Below are positions 30,190-38,202 of a stretch of 44,713 bases of DNA, in pieces. Positions within the stretch are counted from its first letter, which is position 1, and each line of letters begins with the position of its first letter. The notes under the pieces are model-generated. The model was given only the letters and a program-made list of their open reading frames with translations. It made no database searches and was not told where the DNA came from. Both the position numbers and the translations under genes were made by a program. The stretch is from a virus (taxonomy: Duplodnaviria; Heunggongvirae; Uroviricota; Caudoviricetes), in the IMG/VR virus record IMGVR_UViG_2531839450_000015. One strand, given 5' to 3'.

Positions 30190-31239
30190 TTATCCGAGTA
30201 CGCCTGTTGCAAAGGCGTGATCAAGAAAACGAAAAATTAAATCAACCTGAGAACCATGCTTTTCTTCGAATGCCTGCGGATCCGCATGAAGCTCGTTGTG
30301 ATGCTCCCGACACAGCGGCAACGTAAAAATATCGTGGGCCTTTGTTCCCATCCCTCCCTGACCGTGACCAATCAGGTGATGGGGATCGTCGGCTGGCTTA
30401 CCACAACACGCACACGGCTGTGTCTTCACCCAGCGTGTGTATTTCTCGTTAACCCAGCGGCGACGTTTAGGTCGTTTCATGAAAGATTCCGGAGACTCAG
30501 GATCAACGGCAATGCTGACCACCGTCTTTTCCTGTGGTGGGTTCTGTTGCTGGTGGGCGTGAGGCAACAGCGCAAAATTTTTTGTGCGCTGCTTCAGTAT
30601 GCTGGTGGCTGTCTGTTCTCCCGGTATGATGTCGCTCTCGCGGTAAAGCGAGCGGATTTTCTCCGCCGGTAATCCCAGTGAGCGGCGTAATACAGCCTCC
30701 GGTAGTGCGTCCGCTACCTGATTGCAGACCGCCCACCAGGATAATTCAGCCAGAGATAATTCACGCTCCTGCGTACCGCTTATTGCGTGACCGATGACGT
30801 CAATCATCCATGCTGACAGGTTTTGATGAGCAAGTTGCTCGAGTGATTCGGATGTCTGGTCACGCAGCTGGTTGTCGCAGTGCCAGCACAACACCATTGC
30901 GCCGGTACCATAACGGTGAATGACGGTTTCACTGTGGTGATAATCGCCGTGTGGCCACTGGCAGGATTTAACATGGCGCAGTAACCAGTCAGACAATGCG
31001 CCAGCGCCACCAGCAGCACGAATCACTCGTTCGTCGCTGAAAAATGGCAGTAATGATTTATCCTCCGCCAGCGGCTGGCGAACGGCAGGAACGACCCCGG
31101 ACGGCAGATTACGCATGCTTTTCGGTTCCGGCTCCACCAGTACCCGGGTATTGTGGAATACCGGCATGGATTCACGGCCCGGCTTAACGATCACCAGCCC
31201 GAGTTCCGGTACCAGAACAGGTCGAAGTAATACCCGCAC
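30190..31239 (-). CDS. DUF968-family protein (Qin YdfU-like) with C-terminal His-rich putative nuclease motif
   Basis: 349 aa; CACCGKPADDPHHLIGHGQGGMGTKAHDIFTLPLCREHHNELH. Length and position next to a Rem-like ORF and hok resemble Qin ydfU. Confidence 0.55.
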   Translation of the reverse strand: MRVLLRPVLVPELGLVIVKPGRESMPVFHNTRVLVEPEPKSMRNLPSGVVPAVRQPLAEDKSLLPFFSDERVIRAAGGAGALSDWLLRHVKSCQWPHGDYHHSETVIHRYGTGAMVLCWHCDNQLRDQTSESLEQLAHQNLSAWMIDVIGHAISGTQERELSLAELSWWAVCNQVADALPEAVLRRSLGLPAEKIRSLYRESDIIPGEQTATSILKQRTKNFALLPHAHQQQNPPQEKTVVSIAVDPESPESFMKRPKRRRWVNEKYTRWVKTQPCACCGKPADDPHHLIGHGQGGMGTKAHDIFTLPLCREHHNELHADPQAFEEKHGSQVDLIFRFLDHAFATGVLG

Positions 31240-31240
31240 G

Positions 31241-31630
31241 TTACCTCCAGATGCGTTGCTGGAATGTGCGGGACGGACGCGGTGGGCGTTCGGAGTAAGG
31301 AAGCCTGACGGAGATTATCCAGTGACGGTAGTCGAGGCTAAGGGCTTTTTTAACCTCGTATCCGCGCCTGCGGTAACACTGAATTATCCATTCAGCCTGC
31401 TCTTCAGTGCATGGTGGATGCTGGAACCAGTCCGATTTGAATGCATGAAAACGCCGTCCGCACCTGCTGGCAAAGACGGCAGAATCATCAGAATTGTGTA
31501 ATTTGGTATCGTGCGCCATCGGTTGTCTCTGCTGGCGCAGCAGGTGCCAGTTGTTCAGGCTGGCGTATAAAGTATAAATAAACTGGTTCCAGTGTAAAGC
31601 CCCTACATTAATGGAATAAAAGTCAAACAA
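31241..31630 (-). CDS. Hypothetical protein (Rem-like position); true start may be the internal ATG at 31519
   Basis: Track ORF starts with TTG. An internal ATG gives a 92-aa product. Lies between the ydfU-like gene and hok, as rem does in Qin. Confidence 0.35.
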   Translation of the reverse strand: MFDFYSINVGALHWNQFIYTLYASLNNWHLLRQQRQPMAHDTKLHNSDDSAVFASRCGRRFHAFKSDWFQHPPCTEEQAEWIIQCYRRRGYEVKKALSLDYRHWIISVRLPYSERPPRPSRTFQQRIWR

Positions 31631-31887
31631 CAGATTGCTGGGATAAACACAACGCTTATTATTAAAAGCGATTAGATAAATTAAATTTTAATGTTATGCA
31701 ATTTTACCAGATCACCATAACATCTCGTTTGAAACCACCGAAACAACAACCATATCAATATTGATTATGTTAAAGTGAGTAAATATGGAAAACAACAAAT
31801 CTGCACATTACGCTCCTTTTTTATCTGTAATACTTTTTGTTTTATGCTGTGTGTGGGCATTATTTTTATAAAAATATTTACAGATAA

Positions 31888-31910
31888 AATAAACCCGCCG
31901 AAGCGGGTTA
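31888..31910 (-). terminator. Intrinsic terminator of the hok transcript
   Basis: Minus-strand AACCCGC-TTCG-GCGGGTT followed by TATTTTATCTG. Confidence 0.55.
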
Positions 31911-31977
31911 AGTGCGGGTGCATTGAGGATGCCTGACACATCAGAGGTGGCGAGGGATTTCTCCCTCGCCGGGTCTC

Positions 31978-32133
31978 TTACTCCTCAGGTTCGTAAACTG
32001 TGAAGACAGCGACCTCCGTCTGGCCGGTTCGGATTCGTACCTCGCAGAGGTCTTTCCTCGTTACCAGTGCCGTCACTATGACGGTTAAACAGATGACGAT
32101 CAGGGCGATTAACATCGCCTTTTGCTGCTTCAT
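31978..32133 (-). CDS. hok: Hok/Gef-family type I toxin
   Basis: MKQQKAMLIALIVICLTVIVTALVTRKDLCEVRIRTGQTEVAVFTVYEPEE is essentially the HokD/RelF sequence as I recall it. AAGGAG SD upstream. An overlapping upstream in-frame extension (to 32190) corresponds to a mok-like frame. Confidence 0.85.
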   Translation of the reverse strand: MKQQKAMLIALIVICLTVIVTALVTRKDLCEVRIRTGQTEVAVFTVYEPEE

Positions 32134-32542
32134 AGCCTGCTTCTCCTTGCCTTTCGGCACGTAAGAGGCTAACCTAGATTTGCCGTTCATAGATTGAGCC
32201 TCAGATTAATGTTAAGCGTCTTGCAGGACGCATAATGTTAACTGGGGCTTTTCTCTATCTGCCTTTGGTGTTCATGCTTGAGGCAGATAGCCTCAAGCAC
32301 CCGCAGCAATTTTACTTAACTCCCCTTTTCCCACAAATCGTTTTTATCCCTATTGGTAATGTTCTCCCGATGTGGGATTCCCACATTGGAACGAATTCAA
32401 TCAGTTAAAGACTCATCAGAATCTCACCTTTCTAAGTGCCCACAGGTGAGGCATTGCAATAAAAATAGCAAACGTGTATAAAAGGAGGTAATGCATGTTT
32501 TTCCAGTCTTATCAATCCATTACTGAGAGTTAAGGGGGCGCC

Positions 32543-33337
32543 GTGGATCGGTGCGGTAATTATTTACTTAAAGATGGTCGCAGTTTAGGACAAGGGAGTT
32601 TTGGCGAAGTATTTAAGGTTGATGTCTATAACTTAACCCAGACCCACATGACCACATATGCTCGCAAATACTTTTCACCTTGCCCGGACTTTGACAAGAC
32701 CGCTATAAAAGAGTTGACTGATTTAAGACAGCGTTTTTTAGTTGAGATCAAAACACAATGCACTCTCAATAGAATAAACTATGATTCAATAGCGCCAATA
32801 GTTTTATTTAATACAAATGGTGATAAACCTTATTTTGTTATGGAATTGGCAGAGTGTAATTTATATGAAGCCATCCGCAATGGTATGAATTACGCGGAGA
32901 GGAAGTCTGCTGTTACTCAGATTTTAAAAGGAATTATCACCATACATGAAAACAACTATATACATCGTGATTTAAAACCAGGAAACATACTTTATTATGC
33001 CGATGGAAAGTATAAAATATCTGATTTTGGTCTAGTAAAAGACAGAGATACCTTACGGGCCGAAATCAAAACAAAATTTAAGCCTAATCACATGGGCACA
33101 GATGGATATCGAGCGCCCGAAATACATGATAGCGGTCTTTTTTCTTTTCAAAGCGACATATTTGCAGCAGGTAAAATTATCACTGATATATATCCCACAG
33201 AAAGAAGTGAAAAATTAAAAAGATTGATTGCAAAATGTTGCGCACATTGGCCTGAAGAACGATATCAAAGCACACGGGAGTTACTGGAAGATTTTTTAAA
33301 AGTGACGGGGGAGGTAAATCATGAAGAACATAATTGA
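32543..33337 (+). CDS. Hanks-type (eukaryotic-like) Ser/Thr protein kinase
   Basis: Complete kinase signature set: Gly loop GQGSFGEV, lysine in YARK, catalytic loop HRDLKPGNIL, DFG (ISDFGLV), APE (GYRAPE). GTG start in the track; an in-frame SD-led ATG lies at 32495 but is followed by TAA. Confidence 0.85.
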   Translation: MDRCGNYLLKDGRSLGQGSFGEVFKVDVYNLTQTHMTTYARKYFSPCPDFDKTAIKELTDLRQRFLVEIKTQCTLNRINYDSIAPIVLFNTNGDKPYFVMELAECNLYEAIRNGMNYAERKSAVTQILKGIITIHENNYIHRDLKPGNILYYADGKYKISDFGLVKDRDTLRAEIKTKFKPNHMGTDGYRAPEIHDSGLFSFQSDIFAAGKIITDIYPTERSEKLKRLIAKCCAHWPEERYQSTRELLEDFLKVTGEVNHEEHN

Positions 33338-34036
33338 AATGGCATGTTTTAGCCTAAAACAACCCCAAAAAAAGAAAATGAAGACTTTTATTTACCGCCA
33401 TCTTTTGATAGCGATTTTAACATTGTCTTTGCAGTAGCTGATGGGGTTGGTTCCTCTGAACATTCAATGCTTGCATCTCATGCAGCCATTCGTGGCATTA
33501 GACACACGCTAGGCACTTCCTTTTTCTCAATTGAAAGTGCATTTCATTCAGCTAAAAAAGAAATTGACAATTTAGATATTAGCACTGCCACAACCTTAAC
33601 AATTGTTCAGATCAAAAAAAATGAAGTGTTAATTGGTCATTCCGGTGATTGCCGAGTATACTTCAATAAAAACAATAAACTAAATCAGTTAACCACTGAT
33701 CAAACGAGATATCAAGAACTCCTTGATTCTGGTGAACATAAATTACGTAATTTAAGAAATCATAAAGAACGGCTATCTTCAGTCCTAACGAATGCTTTAT
33801 CAAATACAACGGATTTGAATTTTGAGTTAATGTCTTTTCCGATTAGCCAGCTAATTTATAATGGCTATCTTCAACTCTATGCAATGACTGATGGTGCCTA
33901 TAAGCATTGGGATGTCAGACCAAGGTTTTCTGAGAAGACAATGCTCTCACCAACAGCTTTTGCGAGTAGTTTAAGAAAAAGGATTGAGAAAAACATAATG
34001 GATGATTACACCTTTATAGGCGTAAAAGTAACCTAA
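33321..34036 (+). CDS. PP2C-family Ser/Thr phosphatase; start and body are in different frames (requires -1 shift at 33368..33374, or is a frameshift pseudogene)
   Basis: Body frame shows the PP2C motifs KKENED, FAVADGVGS, GHSGDCRVYF, AMTDGAYK and DDYTFIGV. That frame has no start codon upstream of the conserved motifs. The SD-led ATG at 33321 is in the 0 frame and meets the body frame at A_AAA_AAG. Confidence 0.6.
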
Positions 34037-34672
34037 TTTTAGATATCCAAGATATTTACTCTAATTTAACCATAGTATTCCCAACCTCTTTTTATTGGGG
34101 GTTGGGTTCATTAAAGTCACCATTTTCTATTTCTTTCCCGTTAGAGGATATATTATTTCCAGATAAAGAAAGCAACTTCTTATGCAACTTCATATCACGC
34201 CATGCTTCCACCGCGGTAACTCTACATAGTCCATTAACAGTTCATGCCATTCTTCAAAACTGGCGTTATATTTAGTTGAAGCAAAATCAGCCATTTTATT
34301 CTTCCTCTTCGTCTTTTATTTCGTGATATGAGTAATTGCAGTAGTTAAAGAAAATATCTTTTGCTTCGTCATGTATTTCATCAGGCGTCGCATCATCATC
34401 CACTTCGAATTCATCCTCGAAATCTCCACCGGCTATTCCCGTTTCAATAATTATTTTGAACTTTCGCATTTAACTACCGCCCTGCCGGACAGCCTCCTGA
34501 TGTTCTGAGGGTGCCCCCCCTCCGGTTAAGGATTAAATTTTTAACAGTGCTAAATTTAATTATTCAGTTCTTGATTTTGTCGCCCTGCGTATCCGCGCTT
34601 TCGCGTTACGCTCAATCTGAATTAGCTTTTCTATATTTTTCCGCCTTTCCTGTTCCTCCTGGAGCAATAACC

Positions 34673-34858
34673 TTACATCATCTGCCAGTCTGGTTTCTCT
34701 TTTCGCCACAGAGAGCATCCAGTCAAATGGCTCCACAACTGCACCGCAGATTTTACAGCGGACCTGACGCTCTTTTTCGTCAACCCGGACAGAGGCGTGA
34801 TGACAATATGGTCTTTCCGATGGCTCATAAAGAAAATTAACCTGATTACGAGGGTCAT
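34673..34858 (-). CDS. Small hypothetical protein (nin-region-like)
   Basis: 61-aa ORF whose ATG overlaps the stop of an upstream 37-codon GTG-initiated ORF (ATGA coupling). Confidence 0.3.
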   Translation of the reverse strand: MTLVIRLIFFMSHRKDHIVITPLSGLTKKSVRSAVKSAVQLWSHLTGCSLWRKEKPDWQMM

Positions 34859-34973
34859 CCTCTTTTATCGGAAATAAAACGATATTGCTTAACTAATCCT
34901 CTGGTTTTATTTCCATGCTCCTCTCCTTTGATGCGAATGCCAGCGGCAATTGAAGCCTGATAGCTAATTTCAC

Positions 34974-35396
34974 TCACAGTACCGCCTCCTGAAAATTACC
35001 CTGATAGAAAGCCAGTACACGCTGCATAGCTTCGCTCTTCCGGCACTCGCGACAGATTATATTCAGGCGCCTGTCGTAGCGGCGTATTTCTCCGTCTGGT
35101 AATGACCAGATAAGGTCCGGATCAACCGCAGATGGTTTCTTCGGCTTTGCCCTTGAGAGCTTTTTACGGGCATTTTGCCAGTCCTTACGCGCCTGTTCAG
35201 ACGGGAATAACCCGTAACCAGAATTGTATACATCGCCACTGGCAACCAGCTCTCTGGCCAGAACGCTCATCAGATATCTTGTTGCCCCAGTTTTAGCTTC
35301 CAGTTGTCGTAACGTCTCGCGCCCACTCTGGCGTACGAGTTCAACAACCTGCCCTTTAATTTTTTCCCGCTCTTCTTGTGTAAAAACTTTTGCCAC
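34974..35396 (-). CDS. Hypothetical protein downstream of the replication initiator (P-position gene)
   Basis: 140 aa, GTG start preceded by CAGGAGGG. The same CCTCCTGAAAATTACC upstream element recurs before the next small ORF. Confidence 0.45.
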   Translation of the reverse strand: MAKVFTQEEREKIKGQVVELVRQSGRETLRQLEAKTGATRYLMSVLARELVASGDVYNSGYGLFPSEQARKDWQNARKKLSRAKPKKPSAVDPDLIWSLPDGEIRRYDRRLNIICRECRKSEAMQRVLAFYQGNFQEAVL

Positions 35397-35436
35397 AAGC
35401 CCTCCTGAAAATTACCTCATGACCAGAAATTAACAC

Positions 35437-36513
35437 TTACCCCCTGAAGCCCGGCGGAATTTCGTTATCCGGTTCAGAAATATGATTCACACAACGCTGG
35501 TTGTTCGTGCCGCTTACCGGGAGCAACCAGGGGTTCTCAAAATTCCGGTCCGGTCCAAAAAACGTCGTCGCTCGCTGAACAAATTCCGTTCCCGTTTTCC
35601 CGGTAGCCGCCAAGTATCTTGCGTAACGCCTCACGCCATCCAGCATGGCCTCTGGTGGCACCCCCTCGCGTAATCTGGCCTTCCAGGCACTGAAAGCGGA
35701 TTTCTTCGGGTTTGCTCCGGCACGCAACGGGTACTCCCGCCAGACCTGTTCGAACACATCCGGATAATCCACTCGTCCCACAGACTGCCCGGTGTTTTCC
35801 GGGACTACCCGATCGGCTTCCCGCTGAATGGCGGAATCGGCTTCGGGCTGCTGCAGTTGGTGTGATTGCTCCGGCCTTGCGGTCATCACCTGCTGCACAG
35901 CGCCCGAATCGGCTTTCAGCGCATACGCTGAATCGGCTTCCGGTGTCGTGCCTGCTGGCTGACCAAGATTGACGGTCTGAACATCCCCTGCCTGGTTCGT
36001 GGCGTTTTTTACGCCATGGACCATAGTGTTTTGATCTTCTTGATCTGTATCTTTATCTGTATCTTTATCTGTCGTGACTCGTCGTGACATGTGCGTGACA
36101 TTTCGTGACGCGCCGTGACAATCGCCATTTTGTTCCCGCTTTCTTTCCCTCTCTCGCTGCGCCCTCTTACGCTCTGCAGGAGATTTTGCGGTTTGCGAAA
36201 TATTGCCGTTGTCCTCTTTAAGCACCTGGCGTTTTTCCCATCCAGTGATTAAATCACCATCAAGTACCCGCCCCTGCATCGTCTGCAAAATTGAATCAAT
36301 TACCTCTTCTGTCACGTCGAGCGCACTTGCCAAATCTTCTGTCGTGACATCAATGTGACCTCGCGTGACATTTCGTGACGCGCTCACCAGGAGGTGGATA
36401 TACACTGCCATCACTGTTGCAATTGGCTGCCCTGACACCCTGGCAATTGTTCGCCACTTAGGGTCATTTGGCATGTCATGCCATAATCTGAGCCAGGCGT
36501 TAGCCATACTCAC
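35437..36513 (-). CDS. Putative replication initiation protein (replisome organiser / O-like) carrying the origin iterons
   Basis: 358 aa in the O position downstream of the cro-like and cII-like genes. N-terminal W..L..DMPNDPKW...YIHLL pattern resembles phage replisome-organiser N-domains. Two iteron clusters lie inside the ORF. Confidence 0.5.
   Translation of the reverse strand: MSMANAWLRLWHDMPNDPKWRTIARVSGQPIATVMAVYIHLLVSASRNVTRGHIDVTTEDLASALDVTEEVIDSILQTMQGRVLDGDLITGWEKRQVLKEDNGNISQTAKSPAERKRAQRERERKREQNGDCHGASRNVTHMSRRVTTDKDTDKDTDQEDQNTMVHGVKNATNQAGDVQTVNLGQPAGTTPEADSAYALKADSGAVQQVMTARPEQSHQLQQPEADSAIQREADRVVPENTGQSVGRVDYPDVFEQVWREYPLRAGANPKKSAFSAWKARLREGVPPEAMLDGVRRYARYLAATGKTGTEFVQRATTFFGPDRNFENPWLLPVSGTNNQRCVNHISEPDNEIPPGFRG
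36043..36120 (-). repeat. Putative ori: five CGTGAC iterons at 10 to 11 bp spacing, preceded by a 12-bp AT-rich tandem repeat
   Basis: CGTGAC at 36073, 36083, 36094, 36104 and 36114. ATCTGTATCTTT repeated about 2.5 times at 36043..36071. Confidence 0.6.
36337..36382 (-). repeat. Second iteron cluster (four CGTGAC/TGTGAC repeats)
   Basis: Repeats at 36343, 36354, 36364 and 36374. A 21-bp block GCGTGACATTTCGTGACGCGC is shared with the first cluster. Confidence 0.55.
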
Positions 36514-36578
36514 CTCTTTTGATACCGAATCTTTTTACTCACAAATTGCCGGAAGTGATCCGGTATGAATATTGCGAG

Positions 36579-37004
36579 TCAATGCACAGCCACAATATTT
36601 CCTGCAGGGCCACCACGATTCATCTGGTTGAAACCAGCGATCGCCACTGCGACAAAATCATCAGCGTCTCTCACCAGTCGTTCCCGCGTCTCCACTAGTT
36701 CCCGAAAATAGGCTGAGCTATGACTGCGCATTCGGGCCACCAGCAGAGGTGGCATTGCTTTTTCGATAGCTGGTAACAACGCCTGAATTTTTTTAACCGC
36801 ATCAGGGGTGTCTTTCTCCACCCAGCGGAAAATTTTCTGAGTATTGCGAGCCAGGGCTTCCGGATGGCTGTCGTCATACAGTTCCGGGAACGTCATTCCC
36901 AGCTCGAAATACGCTTTGGTAATTTTCGCAGCCGGTACTTTTTCGCCGTCCGGATGCGCCCAGGCATTCATCGCCATGCGGATGTGTTCATGCTTGATTT
37001 TCAT
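36579..37004 (-). CDS. YdaT-like protein (cII-position regulator of Rac-type switches)
   Basis: 141 aa directly downstream of, and overlapping, the cro-like gene, mirroring ydaS-ydaT of Rac. Assignment is by position and size. Confidence 0.5.
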   Translation of the reverse strand: MKIKHEHIRMAMNAWAHPDGEKVPAAKITKAYFELGMTFPELYDDSHPEALARNTQKIFRWVEKDTPDAVKKIQALLPAIEKAMPPLLVARMRSHSSAYFRELVETRERLVRDADDFVAVAIAGFNQMNRGGPAGNIVAVH

Positions 37005-37255
37005 GAATCAACTCCCATCAGCTTTTTCGTAGTAGTTTTATTCCTGCCAATAGTTAAAATTGCATCGGCAGAAAATAATCCGTTTGATGCAAGAGCGATT
37101 TTTTCAGCGTAATTTGTTTCGCCGGTATATTCTGTGCGAGGCAATTTTCCGTTATCCATCCATTTATAGATTGCTCTTTGGCTGACACCACAAACGTCGG
37201 CCACAACAGCAACGCGAACAGTTTTGATTACATCTTCAAGTGTTTTCTGGTTCAT
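37001..37255 (-). CDS. Cro-like HTH regulator (YdaS-like)
   Basis: Start refined to ATG at 37255 (MNQKTLEDVIKTVRVAVVADVCGVSQRAIYKWMDNGKLP), an HTH motif. Divergent from the repressor gene. Confidence 0.65.
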   Translation of the reverse strand: MNQKTLEDVIKTVRVAVVADVCGVSQRAIYKWMDNGKLPRTEYTGETNYAEKIALASNGLFSADAILTIGRNKTTTKKLMGVDS

Positions 37256-37334
37256 ATCACCCTCACAATGTGAACTTTGAGTACATGCTATAACAGAACT
37301 GACAGTACATTCAAGAGCGAATATCATTGAACTT
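37256..37334. promoter_or_regulatory. Divergent promoter/operator region of the immunity switch
   Basis: 79-bp AT-rich spacer between divergent regulators. Repeated AGTACAT and TGAACTT motifs. Confidence 0.45.
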
Positions 37335-37754
37335 ATGGTTCATGAAGATAAAGCGCGTAAAGAGTTCGCCAGTAGGCTTGCGCTAGCCTGTGAAAACGCT
37401 GGTTATGAACAACATGGAAGGCAGGCAGAAATTGCCCGTCGAATGAAATTAACACCAAAAGCGGTTAGCAAATGGTTTAATGGCGAAACAATTCCTCGCC
37501 GGGAGAAATTAAGGGAATTAGCAACACTAATAGGAACAACACCAACCTATCTTTTGGGAGAGGATACAGAAGAAAGTGGACAGGTACGTTTCTATCAAGA
37601 GTTAAATCCAAGACAAAAAATCATCATTGACCTTCTGGACGAGCTCCCTGACAGTGAGACAGATGAACTTTTAAAAACTCTTGAAGAGAAAAAACAGAAG
37701 TACAATGCAATTTACGAAGAGTTAGCACGAAAGAAAAAACAAAAAGCCTCTTAA
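37335..37754 (+). CDS. Prophage repressor, XRE/CI-like HTH (RacR-like)
   Basis: HTH (QAEIARRMKLTPKAVSKWFNGETIP) at the N-terminus. Divergent from the cro-like gene. Confidence 0.75.
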   Translation: MVHEDKARKEFASRLALACENAGYEQHGRQAEIARRMKLTPKAVSKWFNGETIPRREKLRELATLIGTTPTYLLGEDTEESGQVRFYQELNPRQKIIIDLLDELPDSETDELLKTLEEKKQKYNAIYEELARKKKQKAS

Positions 37755-38049
37755 ACCAGCATAAATCCGGTAGCGCCTTCCTCCGGGTTTGTGCTTCACT
37801 TTATCCCATCTCATTTTTTTTACACACAAAATGTACTAAAAGTACTTTACAACAATGAACGCAAAGTACATTATATACCTGCCACCCACCCCGCCCCAAA
37901 GAATGCAGGGCAATACTTCGAGTTACCAGGCAGTGGTCAGGGGTTAAGTAGCCAGCCCGAGGCGTAAGAACATGACGGCAGGGTTCAACTTTAACTATGC
38001 AGCAGGTTTTTGTTCCGCTACCCCGGCGTTAAGGGGAAATGAGGTCAAC

Positions 38050-38202
38050 ATGGATACTATCGATCTTGGCAACAGCGAATCTCTGGTATGTGGCGTGTTT
38101 CCCAACCAGGACGGTACGTTCACCGCGATGACGTATACCAAAAGCAAAACGTTTAAAACCGAAGCTAGCGCGCGTCGCTGGTTATCCAGAAATACTGACT
38201 GA
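38050..38202 (+). CDS. Small hypothetical protein downstream of the repressor (YdaF-like position)
   Basis: 50 aa from ATG at 38050 with GAGG SD; same strand as the repressor. Confidence 0.4.
   Translation: MDTIDLGNSESLVCGVFPNQDGTFTAMTYTKSKTFKTEASARRWLSRNTD

Noticed and set aside
31630-32540. Searched for a relBE-type pair next to hok, as in Qin
   Set aside because: No ORFs with RelE or RelB features are present; the position is occupied by the kinase/phosphatase genes instead.
34511-34840. 109-aa plus-strand ORF
   Set aside because: Antisense to the coupled small-gene chain on the minus strand, Pro/Leu-rich with no start context.
36043-36382. Direct repeats considered as a possible CRISPR array
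   Set aside because: Repeats are 6 to 8 bp cores at helical spacing inside a coding sequence, not 28 to 37 bp repeats with unique spacers; they fit origin iterons.
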